Assembly (NCBI GenBank): GCA_965200965.1
Contig: OZ241744.1
Location: forward strand, 1,504,001 to 1,568,000
Direction: 5' to 3'
Source: an uncultured Candidatus Binatia bacterium
GTDB lineage: Bacteria; Desulfobacterota; Binatia; Bin18
Length of the DNA: 64,000 nt
This document shows positions 37,092 through 47,444 of this stretch, piece after piece. How positions within the stretch are numbered: position 1 is the stretch's first letter; every line of letters starts with the position of its first letter. Both the position numbers and the translations under genes were made by a program. The notes under the pieces are model-generated. The model was not told the DNA's origin. It searched no databases and was given only the letters and a program-made list of their open reading frames with translations.

Positions 37092-39119
37092 ATGGGACAG
37101 TTCACCCAGTCTATATCTATGCTTGCCGTATCACTCCTGGTCTGGAGCGGCGGTCCACCCGCGCCAGCCCAGGCCCAGTCCACTTCAATGTCATATCCAG
37201 CCAGCCCTCTGGCCGACGAAGCGCGAGCGCCGACCACCGTGTTAGACCCCATCGTCGTGACCGCGTCGAAGCTGGAAGAACCGCTCGCCCAGGTGTCAAA
37301 CGCGGTGACGGTCGTGACGCAGGCAGACATTGCCCAACGCCAGACAAGCGACCTGTTTGAGCAGCTGCGCGAGGTGCCGGGTCTCGCCTTTGTTCAGAAC
37401 GGCAGCCGCGGCAGCGTGACCTCACTCTTTACCCGCGGGGGTGAGTCTGACCACAACCTGATCCTGATCGACGGCGTAAAGGTCAACCGGGCGGGGGGCA
37501 GCTTCAACTTCAGTGATGTGACGACTCTCGGCGTGGGCCGCATTGAGGTAGTGCGCGGCCCGCACAGCGCCCTGTACGGCTCTAGCGCCATGAGTTCGGT
37601 CATTCAACTCCTGACGCCGCGCGGACACGGCCCGGCACACGCCAGCCTGGGCTTGCGCACGGGCAATCCCGATACCTTTGAGGAACGCTTCAGCCTGTCC
37701 GGCGGGACGGCCTCGTATGGCTACAATGTGGCCGTCGGACGGATTGACAGCGGGGGCATCCTGCCAATCAACAACGACTACGGCAACACGACCGTGGCGT
37801 CCCGCTTCGACCTTGACCCAGGCGAGCGCCTGCACCTCACCACCACCCTCCGTTACATTGACAGCCGTTTTCATGTGCCCACCAGCAGTGGCGATATTCT
37901 TGATCGGCAGGGGAACGGCTTGGACCCCCGGGCGACGAGTGACAACCGTCGCCTTATTCTCGGACCGCGGGCCACCTACCAGCCCACCCCGTGGTGGAGG
38001 CATACTCTGCAGTTGGGGCTGCTGTCCGAATGGTTCACCTATCGCGATCCAGAAGACACAGGGGTTGATTGCCGAGACGACGACGCGGCAACCTACAACG
38101 ATTGTGACGGCATGGGGTCACTGACCATCAACAGGGAGTCTCGGCTGTCGGCCGACTACTCGTCCGATTTTTTCCTGCCAATGACCCTCGGCATCACCCC
38201 GACCTTGACCATCGGCGGCTCTGTCGAAGACGAACACCACAGCCAAAAGGGCGGGCCTGATGTGAGCCGCAACGCTCAGGCGTTCTACTCCCAGTTGCGC
38301 CTGGCATGGCGTGAGACGCTGTTTGTGACCTCCGGATTCCGCCTGGACGACGCGGTGACCTATGGGACCCACATCAGCCCACGGGCCTCAGCCGCCCTGA
38401 TCGTCCCCGGCCTCAACACCAAACTGCGTGGCGGCTACAGCCAAGGCATCAAGGCAGCCAGTTTTTCTCAGAACATTGATACCGCATTTTCTCGGGGCAA
38501 CCCTGAGCTGGAGGCCGAAGAGTCCGAAAGCTGGGAAATCGGCATTGACCAAGCCTTCACCCTAGGCGAACTCGACGCCCGGTTGAACCTGAGCTATTTT
38601 TCGACCGAATACACCAATCTGATCGCCTATACCTTTGTCCCCGCACCCGCGCCGAATTATGTGAATGTCCACCGCGCCCGGAGTCGCGGGCTTGAGCTCG
38701 GGACATCCGCCACCCTGCCCTACGGATTCTCGGTGCGCGGCGCGTATACCTACCTGGAAACCGAGGTGCTGGACAACGCTGGAAACGACGGGTTTGGGTC
38801 CTTCAGACAGGGCGAGCCTCTGGTTCGACGGCCCAAGCATGTAGGCTCCTTCACCCTGAACTACGCCGGCGACCGCCTGAACGCCAACTTTCATCTGTAC
38901 ATCAAAGGCAGTGTCACCGAGCGGGGCGGTACCCTCCACGACGGCTATGAGCGGGCAGACCTCGCCCTGTCGTATCTGCTGTTCGAGGACCGTTGGGGCG
39001 TTCGTGCCCTGGCCCTCGAGGGGAGGGTCAGGAATCTGTTTGACGCCGACTATCAGGAGGTCTTGTACTTCTCGTCCGCAGAAACGACCTTTATGGCCGG
39101 GTTCCGGGCAGAGTTCTGA
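37092..39119 (+). CDS. btuB: TonB-dependent cobalamin receptor (BtuB-like)
   Basis: TonB box (DPIVVTAS), plug motifs (RGGESDHNLILIDGV, RIEVVRGPHSALYGS), terminal Phe and riboswitch control. Confidence 0.85.
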   Translation: MGQFTQSISMLAVSLLVWSGGPPAPAQAQSTSMSYPASPLADEARAPTTVLDPIVVTASKLEEPLAQVSNAVTVVTQADIAQRQTSDLFEQLREVPGLAFVQNGSRGSVTSLFTRGGESDHNLILIDGVKVNRAGGSFNFSDVTTLGVGRIEVVRGPHSALYGSSAMSSVIQLLTPRGHGPAHASLGLRTGNPDTFEERFSLSGGTASYGYNVAVGRIDSGGILPINNDYGNTTVASRFDLDPGERLHLTTTLRYIDSRFHVPTSSGDILDRQGNGLDPRATSDNRRLILGPRATYQPTPWWRHTLQLGLLSEWFTYRDPEDTGVDCRDDDAATYNDCDGMGSLTINRESRLSADYSSDFFLPMTLGITPTLTIGGSVEDEHHSQKGGPDVSRNAQAFYSQLRLAWRETLFVTSGFRLDDAVTYGTHISPRASAALIVPGLNTKLRGGYSQGIKAASFSQNIDTAFSRGNPELEAEESESWEIGIDQAFTLGELDARLNLSYFSTEYTNLIAYTFVPAPAPNYVNVHRARSRGLELGTSATLPYGFSVRGAYTYLETEVLDNAGNDGFGSFRQGEPLVRRPKHVGSFTLNYAGDRLNANFHLYIKGSVTERGGTLHDGYERADLALSYLLFEDRWGVRALALEGRVRNLFDADYQEVLYFSSAETTFMAGFRAEF

Positions 39120-39144
39120 GTCGTCAGTGCCGCGGCTGGCGTAC

Positions 39145-39918
39145 TCAGGCCAGCCCTCCGATCTGAATAACCCACTCCGGGCCTCGACGCTCGACCCGCG
39201 CGCACATACCGTAGACCGTCTTGATCCGGTCCTCGGTCAGGGTCTCGTGGGGCGAACCGTCGGCCAGCACGACGCCGTCCTTCATCCACAGCAGTCGGTC
39301 GGCAAAGCGGACGGCAAGCCCGATGTCGTGCAGTACGACCAGTACGCCGCCGCCCGCGTCCACAAAGCGCCGGAGGAGGTCCATGACCTGGAACTGGTGG
39401 CGCAGGTCAAGGGACGCGGTCGGCTCGTCGGCCACCAGGAGCGGGGCTTCGGCGGCAAAGGCCCGGGCACAGTGGACGCGGGCGAGTTCTCCGCCAGACA
39501 GGGTGTCGGTGCGGCGCTGGGCAAACTCCAGCAGATCGCAGGCGGCGAGCGCGCGCTCAACGGCTTCGGCGTCCGGGCCGTGCAGACATCCGGGGGCCGC
39601 ACCGTGGGCAAAGCGGCCGAGCGCAACCACATCACACACCGTGTTGGGCCAGGCGAGTGGACGCGCCTGCGGCAGATAGCCCACCCGGCGGGCCCGTTCT
39701 GTCGGCGAGAGGCTTGCGACCGCCTGGCCGTCCAGCGTTGCTGAGCCGGCCGAAAGCCGCCCAAGACCCAGAGTGGCGCGCAGCAGGGTGGTCTTGCCCG
39801 CGCCGTTGGACCCGAGCAGGGCAACCAACTCGCCAGACCGCAAGCTGAAGGATGTCGCCTCCACCAGCGTCGCCCGGCCAACCCTGACCGTGACATTCTG
39901 GGCGCACAGCTCAGTCAC
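39145..39918 (-). CDS. ABC transporter ATPase (BtuD/FepC type)
   Basis: GSNGAGKT, LSGGE, ADEPT and H-loop. Confidence 0.88.
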   Translation of the reverse strand: MTELCAQNVTVRVGRATLVEATSFSLRSGELVALLGSNGAGKTTLLRATLGLGRLSAGSATLDGQAVASLSPTERARRVGYLPQARPLAWPNTVCDVVALGRFAHGAAPGCLHGPDAEAVERALAACDLLEFAQRRTDTLSGGELARVHCARAFAAEAPLLVADEPTASLDLRHQFQVMDLLRRFVDAGGGVLVVLHDIGLAVRFADRLLWMKDGVVLADGSPHETLTEDRIKTVYGMCARVERRGPEWVIQIGGLA

Positions 39919-40900
39919 CGACCGCCCTCTGTTGCAGGGTAATCCACACAAAGGCCGGCGCACCGATGAGGGCGGCAACGACCCCCAGCTTCAACTCCGA
40001 GTTGGTCGGCAGCAGGCGGACCGCGATGTCGGCCAGTTCGAGCAGCACGCCGGCGAGGAGCGCCGAGGGCAGCAGGCTGCGGCCCGGGTCGTGACCGACG
40101 CGGGGGCGAACGAGGTGCGGGGCGATGATGCCGACAAAGCCGATGGTCCCCGCCAGAGCGACCGCCGCGCCGGTAGCGAGGCCGGTGCCCAGCACGACCG
40201 CCAGCCGCTGTCGGCGCAGGTTCAGCCCCACACCGGCAGCGGCTTCCTCGCCCAGGGTGAGCGCTGACAGGCCCCGCTGGGTCACAAACAAGACGGCCAG
40301 GCCGATGCCCATGAATGGCAGGGCGAGCGCCAAGTCGGCGGCGCTGCGGTTTGCGACTGAGCCCAGCATCCAGTTCACCATATCCATCAGTGAGAACGGA
40401 TTCGGGGCAAGATTCATGAGCAGCGACATGGCCGCCCCGGCAAAGCTCGACAGGCCAACGCCGACCAGAATGAGGGTGACTGCCGATGAGGTACGCACCG
40501 CGACCAAGGCAAGCAGGGCCGAGGCAGCCGATGCACCGGTGACGGCCGCCACCGGCATGGCATAGCTCCAGGCGTCGGCCAAGCCGTAGTACAGCACAAA
40601 CGTCGCTCCCAGAGATGCCGCCGCGGATACACCCAAGACGCCTGGCTCGGCTAAGGGGTTGCGCAGCAGCCCTTGCAGGGCGGCACCACTCGCTCCTAGC
40701 GCGGCACCGACTACGAAGGCCGCGGCCGCGCGCGGCAGGCGGATGTGCCACACGACAAGACTGTCGCCGGCCGGTGCCTGTCCCAGCAGGGCGGCCACGA
40801 CGCGGGGCATTCCCATAGGGGTTGGGCCGAGAAAACAGGCCGCGGCCAGCGCAGCCAGCGCAGCCACAGCCAAGCTGATATTGAGCCAGTCGACGCTCAC
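39911..40900 (-). CDS. ABC transporter permease (BtuC/FecCD)
   Basis: IRLPR, QGLLRNPLAEPGVLG and IGFVGIIAPH. Confidence 0.9.
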   Translation of the reverse strand: MSVDWLNISLAVAALAALAAACFLGPTPMGMPRVVAALLGQAPAGDSLVVWHIRLPRAAAAFVVGAALGASGAALQGLLRNPLAEPGVLGVSAAASLGATFVLYYGLADAWSYAMPVAAVTGASAASALLALVAVRTSSAVTLILVGVGLSSFAGAAMSLLMNLAPNPFSLMDMVNWMLGSVANRSAADLALALPFMGIGLAVLFVTQRGLSALTLGEEAAAGVGLNLRRQRLAVVLGTGLATGAAVALAGTIGFVGIIAPHLVRPRVGHDPGRSLLPSALLAGVLLELADIAVRLLPTNSELKLGVVAALIGAPAFVWITLQQRAVGD

Positions 40901-41751
40901 CGCGCTGTTACCCCGCGTGTCGCCAGCGCCTCAATGGCATCCAGCAGAAACCATCCGCCGCAGGCAACCCAGGCTCCCTCCAAGCGGACGGTGGGACGCT
41001 CACGGAGTTGCCGGCGGGCGATGGGGTGACGGGCCGCGCTCCAAGCGTCGCGGGAGCTGGTAGCTCCCCACAGGACGGCCGCCATCAAGTCGGGCTGTTC
41101 GTAGGCGAGGCGCTCGAGCGGCAGCGACCGCCAGCCGGGCTCCTGCTGGAAGTTGACCAAGCCCGCCGCGTGCAGCATCTCGTGAACCAGCGTACCAGGC
41201 CCGCTCGTCACGCCAGCCGGCGTCATATACAAGGCTTCCGGCGCGTCCGGGAGGGTGGGCAGGGCGGCCAGGGCGGCCAGCCGGGCGTTCATATCGGCGA
41301 TTAACTCGGCACCACGCGCAGGCTGGCCAAGCCCGGCGGCGACGGCTGCAATCGCATCCCTGACGCCGTTAAGGTCGCGGGCAAAGTCAATTTGCAGCAC
41401 GGGTGTGCCTGTGCGCTCGATAAACGCGGTGACATACGGTCCCCCACCGTAGGAACGGATCACCAGATCGGGCTGAAGGACGAGGATGTCTTCAGCCCGG
41501 GGGCGAATCTGTCTGAGCCCCTTTGCGTGGCCGCGCATATAGGAGAAGGTTTTCCCGGCGTCAGGCGAGACCGCCAGGATGTCCTTACGCGGCGACAGTC
41601 TGAGCACATACTGATCGGCACAGTAGTCAAGGCTGATGATACGGCTTGGCCGGCCCAGGCTTTGCATCTGCTCGGCGGGCCGGCACACGGCCAGACCGGC
41701 GAGAACGACCAGACCGGCCAACCGCAGCACCGCCTTAGCAATCACGCCCAT
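40897..41751 (-). CDS. ABC substrate-binding protein (BtuF-like)
   Basis: RIISLDYCADQ, EDILVLQPDLV and C-terminal CGG. Confidence 0.82.
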   Translation of the reverse strand: MGVIAKAVLRLAGLVVLAGLAVCRPAEQMQSLGRPSRIISLDYCADQYVLRLSPRKDILAVSPDAGKTFSYMRGHAKGLRQIRPRAEDILVLQPDLVIRSYGGGPYVTAFIERTGTPVLQIDFARDLNGVRDAIAAVAAGLGQPARGAELIADMNARLAALAALPTLPDAPEALYMTPAGVTSGPGTLVHEMLHAAGLVNFQQEPGWRSLPLERLAYEQPDLMAAVLWGATSSRDAWSAARHPIARRQLRERPTVRLEGAWVACGGWFLLDAIEALATRGVTAR

Positions 41752-42100
41752 GCTCGGCCTGCACAGCCTTCATCTTTTCCCTATGCGTGGCCGCGGCAGG
41801 CATGGCCCCTGCCTATACACATGCCTGGCCGAAGTCAAGGCAGCCGCCCGGCCTGAAATCCATGCTGGCCTCGAAAAGAGGCAGATCACCTGGGGGAAGC
41901 CTGCCCATGTCTCGGGGCGGTCGGACTATTTTTTGGCTTTGTAACCCCGCTAATGCCTTTCAAGACAGCGCGTAAGGCCAAGTCCCTCGATGAGGTGGAC
42001 GCGCCTACGGCCACGATTGCCGAAACAGAATGCCGCGCTGCTACATTCTTATCTGGGTGTGTTTTATGTACATAGGATTCTCTTCTTCCCTTTCTTATTC

Positions 42101-43656
42101 CTAGCCTAACGAACCGCCTTTGGCTTCGATGGCATAGCGGACGATCTAGATGAATTCCTCCAGGAATCTTTGCGTTACATCATCCATCGCCGAGGTGATA
42201 GACGGGGCTGCTGCCTCATAAATTTGGCGCATCTCCTCTGCCCTGTCGCGGCTTGACCCCCTGCCGCTGAACGCGAAAGCGGTTTGCCAATCGGTGAGAG
42301 GGTCAGTTATGAGACGCTGCTCCGCCAGTTTATGAACACGGATGGATACCTTCTTCCGTATCTCGTTGATGGCGGAGCGCCTCTCGTCTTCGCTTGCTGG
42401 CTGTCTGGTCCAGCCCGTAGGCTTGTCGAGCCAGAGAGAGATGCTGGCCTGGAACAGGCGAATGAGGTCGGCGACGGGTCGCAGTCCGTCATATTCGTCG
42501 GCCCACCGCCTGGCGATACGCCGGCACAACGCTTTAACGCACCCCCAATGTTCCTTCTGAACGCCTTCGTAAGAGCTGAGCCCGAGTCGGCCCCACCAGG
42601 AATTTTTGAACCCGTCGGCAGCGTCTCGAAAAGCGAGTTCCAATCGGGCGATGTTGTAGAGTGACGCAAGGGCGATCGGTTTGGACAGCTCAGCAGATTT
42701 CCGCATCAGTGCCAGCAAGTCCCGCATTTGCTTGATGAAACGCTCCGGGATTTCCTCCGTAGCCCTATCCAGACCACTCAGATAAAAATCTCTGGTCTCC
42801 AATTGCTGCTGTAGGGTCTCCGTTACCGGTGCTCCCAGCGATTGGCGCATGTTGACAATAGCATTACCAATTGAGGCGCGAATGTGGTTCCGCTGCTGGC
42901 CATAGGTGCGTAAGTTGTCACCCTTCACATGGTCGGAGTGTGTAAAAGCAACAGCTAGTTTGTGTCCGTGACCGCTGCTGCCAACCGACCGAAGGAGTTC
43001 CAATGGGGCGGCCTGCATCGGTGACTGGACATTGTCCACAAGCAGAATCATATCTGCTTCGGGAAACTTTTCCGTTACCTTCGTGGATATACTCATAGCT
43101 TCCTTCGCTGAATGGCCTAGTCCTTCACCGTCCAGCAACACGCTCCGCCGGTCATTGTCTTGCAGTTCTGCTGCGTCTGGCTGGAACGGACCACACACGC
43201 GGATGCCGTCAACAACAGTGTCAGCAGTCGCCCAAACTGCTGGGCGTGATTGCTGCTGAACCACCGTGTCTGCTTCAAGAAGGTGTCGCTGTCTTTTTCC
43301 TCATAGTGCCAGAGGGTGGGCCAGCCTGTTGCACTCCGCTTAAAATTGTCCGCCTTAACCAAGTCGAACCGTTCCACGATGGAATCCATGATATCACGGG
43401 AGAGCCGGGTGAAGTCCTGATTCTTGGACAGTGCAGCAGTGAAGTCTTCCAACCATTTCTGCCGCTGATTGGCGTTGTCCATCTCCTGAAAGTCGCCCTG
43501 CTCCTTCATGGTTTTCCTGCCTACTACCGTTGCGACCTTCTTGATACGACAGACGTACTCAACCAAGCGTTCATTGTTGTCTGTGATGTCGTCGGCAGCC
43601 ACAATTTCGTCATGTGCTAAAGTGTTCGCTTCCGCCCCTTCGTCTTCGTGGTTCAT
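42101..43656 (-). pseudogene. Remnant of a large P-loop GTPase-like protein (5'-truncated, frameshifted, premature stop)
   Basis: Frames join near 43217 (FGRLLT / VDGIRV); LLDGEGLGH (G3-like) and AFTHSD (G4-like) motifs; no P-loop seen; TAG at 42146 is followed by in-frame IVRYAIEAKGGSLG*. Confidence 0.55.
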
Positions 43657-44016
43657 TTCGTATTACATGTTCTTTAGGAACATACTCCGGGAAATCGAAC
43701 TGATCTTTTTTAATCAATTCGATTTCTTCAAGAACCGTATGCTGAATCGGCTTCGGGCTGTGGGCCGACGGCAACTTGTCCGCCGGCTTGGACGCTTGGC
43801 TCCGATGACGCTGCCCAAGACTTTGAGCGCGTTACGGGGTGGGATGGGACTGAGTATATTTACGTTTTGTGGTGTGCGCGAGCGGTTTAGAGACTACATG
43901 TTATTAGGGGTCCTTTGTCAAGTTCGTTGAGTTATGACGTTGTTGTGCAGAGTTTCTATTGTGCGGGGCTTATTTGTGCGGAGGACTGACATTGCGTCCA
44001 GACTTTCGGCAGAGCC

Positions 44017-44050
44017 GTAGGTTGGATTAGCTTAGCGTAATCCGACCTAC
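44017..44050. repeat. GTAG-type REP-like palindrome
   Basis: GTAGGTTGGATTA-gcttagcg-TAATCCGACCTAC, a 13-bp stem with one G-U pair. Confidence 0.7.
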
Positions 44051-44113
44051 GACCTGTATACGGTGTCACACTTGATTCTTCTACTTCGCTAATCTTTTTG
44101 TAAGGAGCAACGC

Positions 44114-44356
44114 GTGATTGTCAAGATTACGTCAAAGCGTCAAGTCACCTTCCCTGTGCGGGTACTGGACGCGCTGGGGGTCGGACCTGGCAACCAGCTT
44201 GAACTGGAAGAAGGTCCCGAGGGCTTCATTCTCAGGCCCCGACGAATTGACCCCACCCGCCTTGTGCCGTTGCGTACTAAGCTTAAACGTGGATGTGACC
44301 CGTTCGATATCGAATCGTTCCGCGAGCAAGCCTATGACCCGACGCTTCGGGATTGA
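44114..44356 (+). CDS. AbrB/MazE/SpoVT-family antitoxin
   Basis: KITSKRQVTFP..VLDALGVGPG motif; overlaps the PIN gene start. Confidence 0.88.
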   Translation: MIVKITSKRQVTFPVRVLDALGVGPGNQLELEEGPEGFILRPRRIDPTRLVPLRTKLKRGCDPFDIESFREQAYDPTLRD

Positions 44357-44732
44357 CACGTCCGTGCTCGTGCGGTTGCTGGGCCGGTGAACCCGAGGCG
44401 GACTTCGCGCATTGCGTCGCCAAGCTGAGCGCCCTGATCGAGGATGAAGGGGCTGAAATCTTCGCCTCAAACCAAGTCATCGGCGGGCCTATGTCGCCGT
44501 TCAGCATCACTCTGGGGTATCCAAGGCCGATGCCCGCACTGGCTTGCTTGACGCCTTGCACAGCGGGCTGGTTGCGCTGTTGAACGGCAGGTCGGTCTTC
44601 ACTGCCCTTGAGGCTTCTAGGGGTGCTGGCCTGTTTGACCGTCTCATTGCCAACGAATACGCTCGCGCCAGCCTGCGAGTTTTGACGCTTGACAAACATA
44701 TGGCCGCTCTACCCGACGCGGAGCGGCTGTAG
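44334..44732 (+). pseudogene. PIN-domain (VapC-like) toxin with two frameshifts
   Basis: MTRRFGIDTSVLVRLL / GEPEADF...SNQVIG / AYVAVQHH...DRLIA...TLDK in three successive frames (shifts near 44381 and 44485). Confidence 0.8.
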
Positions 44733-44736
44733 AGAT

Positions 44737-44817
44737 TTAGCCCGGGTGAAGTGGAACGGAAGCCAGGATTCCACTGCCTGCCCGATCCCAGATTTCACCC
44801 AACTCTACCCAGGCTAC
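44737..44817. repeat. Degenerate REP-like inverted doublet
   Basis: TAGCCCGGGTGAAG at the left end and ATTTCACCC...ACCCAGGCTAC at the right end are imperfect inverted copies, lying between convergent genes. Confidence 0.5.
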
Positions 44818-45679
44818 CGGCTATTAAGCGATGAGGGCGGCTGTGGGCTGATTTTTCAGCCAGCCAAGCCGCCAGCACTGTCTTGTACATGGCGATGACC
44901 GGCTGTGGGCCGCTGGCGTCGATAACATGATCAAAGCGCGGTCCGGAATTGAGTTCTAAGAGATACAGCCGGTTGTCAGCAGAGCGGACGATATCAAAGC
45001 CGACAAAGCCGAGGTCTAGCACTGCGTAGACCGGCCGTACAAAGGCTGCCAGCTCGTCTATCAGTGCCGCTTGCCCGATCAGGGTTGCACTGTGTGAGGC
45101 GAGCTCCCAATAGCGGGCATTGAAGGGCCGCGGGGCGGCAGAGCGGGCGTAGGCCAGGACCGGCGTCTGTCGGTAGCACACCAGCCGGTATTCCTGGATG
45201 GTCGGGATGAACTCCTGGGCTAGCGCAAGGTAGTCGTACAGGTGGGAGTTTTTGTCAAAAATCCGCTCAATGGCGGCCCGTGCCTCCGCGGCCTCACGGC
45301 ACAGAAACACGTTGGAGCCAAAGGAGCCGCGGTTGGGCTTGATGATCAGCGGATAGCTGAGTTCGGCCTCAACAGCCGACACGATTTCGGGGGCCGAGGG
45401 GTAGTGGAGATAGTCCGTGTATCGCCCATCAACCCGATAGCTCAGAAAGGAGAGGGTTTTGGGAAAGCGGACCATGTCTTTGAGCAGACGGTAGGTGTGG
45501 TATTTGTCTTTGCAGATGCCGGCCACCGATTCGGTGTTGAACGGCGTCCGGTTGAGCTGAAAATAGCCAGTCCGGCCATGCGCGCGTATCCTGACAACAT
45601 TGCGCTCCTGGTCAATATACGCAAAGCCAATGCCGAGTTGGCGACAGGCCGCGGTCAGACAGACGATATGTTTTTCCAC
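44795..45679 (-). CDS. ATP-grasp ligase (RimK/YheCD-like)
   Basis: DKY, YPLIIKPNRGSFG, QEFI, EYR, GFD and LELNSGP motifs. Confidence 0.82.
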   Translation of the reverse strand: MEKHIVCLTAACRQLGIGFAYIDQERNVVRIRAHGRTGYFQLNRTPFNTESVAGICKDKYHTYRLLKDMVRFPKTLSFLSYRVDGRYTDYLHYPSAPEIVSAVEAELSYPLIIKPNRGSFGSNVFLCREAAEARAAIERIFDKNSHLYDYLALAQEFIPTIQEYRLVCYRQTPVLAYARSAAPRPFNARYWELASHSATLIGQAALIDELAAFVRPVYAVLDLGFVGFDIVRSADNRLYLLELNSGPRFDHVIDASGPQPVIAMYKTVLAAWLAEKSAHSRPHRLIAGSLGRVG

Positions 45680-45746
45680 CGCTAAAGGCTCGCTTGCCGG
45701 AGCCGGTGCGCTCGGCGAGCGGCCCCGTCAACACCGCTCCGACCCC

Positions 45747-47444
45747 CTAACCCCTGCCCGCCTGCCGGGCCTTTTGGAGCTTGGCCCAGGTATCACGCAG
45801 CGTCACTGTCCGATTAAAGACCGGCCTGCCAGCGACCGAATCGGGATCAACGCAGAAATAGCCCAGCCGCTCAAACTGATAGCGGCTGCCGACCGCGGCG
45901 TCGGCTAGGCCGGGCTCAAGCTGACACGCTGGCAGCACTTCCAGCGAGTTGGAATTCAGAAAATCGGTATAGTGGTACCCGTCTTCGACATTGTCCGGGT
46001 CGGGTTTGGTGAACAGGATGTCGTACAGGCGCACTTCGGCCGGGATGGCGTGGGCAGCTGATACCCAGTGCAGGGTGGCTTTGACTTTGCGACCCTCGGC
46101 CGGACCACCGCTGTGGGTTTCCGGGTCATAGGTGCAGTGCAGCTCGACAATGTTGCCGGCGGCGTCTTTGACCACCTCAACACACTTGATGATATAGGCG
46201 TAGCGCAGCCGGACTTCACGGCCCGGGGCGAGGCGGAAAAACTTGCGGGGCGGTTCTTCCCGAAAATCGTCCTGCTCAATGTACACTACCCGCGAAAACG
46301 GCACCTGCCGGCTGCCGGCGCTGGGGTCCTCGGGGTTATTGACGGCCTCGAGTTGTTCAACCCGGCTGGGCGGATAATTGTCAATCACGACCTTCAGCGG
46401 GCGCAGCACAGCCATGACCCGAGGCGCGCGTTTGTTGAGATCATCCCGCACATAATATTCGAGCATGGCCATATCAACCATGCTGTTGCGCTTGGCCACG
46501 CCGATGCGCTCGCAGAAGGTGCGGATCGCCGTCGGCGTGTAGCCACGGCGGCGTAAGCCCTTGAGGGTCGGCATACGCGGATCGTCCCAGCCGGTGACAT
46601 GCCGCTTGGTGACGAGTTCGAGCAGCTTGCGTTTGCTCATCACGGTATAACTCAGGTTGAGCCGGGCAAACTCGATCTGTCGCGGTCGGCAGGGGACGGG
46701 CAGCTCGTTTAGAAACCAGTCGTACAGGGGCCGGTGGTCTTCAAACTCGAGCGTACAAATTGAATGGGTAATGCCCTCAATGGCATCAGACTGCCCGTGG
46801 GTAAAGTCGTACATAGGGTAGATGCACCAGCGGTCCCCGGTCCGGTGGTGGGTCGCCCGACGGATACGGTACAAGACCGGGTCGCGCAAGTTGAGATTGG
46901 GCGAAGCCATGTCGATTTTGGCCCGCAAGACCTGACTGCCGTCGGCAAACTCGCCGGCACGCATACGCGAAAACAGGTCGAGATTGTCCTCAACGGAGCG
47001 GTCCCGATACGGGCTGTTCCTGCCCGGCCGGGTCAGGCTGCCTCGATACTCGCGGATCTCGTCGGCGCTCAGGCTGTCCACATACGCCTTGCCGTGTGTG
47101 ATCAGATACACGGCGTACTTGTACAGCCGCTCATAGTAGTCCGAGGCGTAGAACAGCTTGTCCTGCCAGTCAAAGCCCAGCCAGCGGACATCCTCCTGAA
47201 TGGCCTCCACATACTCACGGTCTTCCTTGGTCGGGTTGGTGTCGTCAAAGCGGAGGTGGCACACGCCTGTATACTCGGCCGCAATCCCAAAGTTGAGACA
47301 GATGGATTTGGCGTGACCGATGTGCAGATAGCCATTCGGTTCGGGCGGAAAGCGGGTCACGACCCGGCCTCGGTTTTTGTTGGCCCGGAAGTCGGCGGCA
47401 ATCATCTCGCGGATAAAGTCGGCAGAAGTCTCAGGCGCGCTCAT
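45747..47444 (-). CDS. glnS: Glutamine--tRNA ligase
   Basis: [22 protein letters not shown] and QFERLGYF. Confidence 0.97.
   Translation of the reverse strand: MSAPETSADFIREMIAADFRANKNRGRVVTRFPPEPNGYLHIGHAKSICLNFGIAAEYTGVCHLRFDDTNPTKEDREYVEAIQEDVRWLGFDWQDKLFYASDYYERLYKYAVYLITHGKAYVDSLSADEIREYRGSLTRPGRNSPYRDRSVEDNLDLFSRMRAGEFADGSQVLRAKIDMASPNLNLRDPVLYRIRRATHHRTGDRWCIYPMYDFTHGQSDAIEGITHSICTLEFEDHRPLYDWFLNELPVPCRPRQIEFARLNLSYTVMSKRKLLELVTKRHVTGWDDPRMPTLKGLRRRGYTPTAIRTFCERIGVAKRNSMVDMAMLEYYVRDDLNKRAPRVMAVLRPLKVVIDNYPPSRVEQLEAVNNPEDPSAGSRQVPFSRVVYIEQDDFREEPPRKFFRLAPGREVRLRYAYIIKCVEVVKDAAGNIVELHCTYDPETHSGGPAEGRKVKATLHWVSAAHAIPAEVRLYDILFTKPDPDNVEDGYHYTDFLNSNSLEVLPACQLEPGLADAAVGSRYQFERLGYFCVDPDSVAGRPVFNRTVTLRDTWAKLQKARQAGRG

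Noticed and set aside
41261-41280. 9-bp tandem repeat in the BtuF-like gene
   Set aside because: In frame (LAALAAL) with no disruption.
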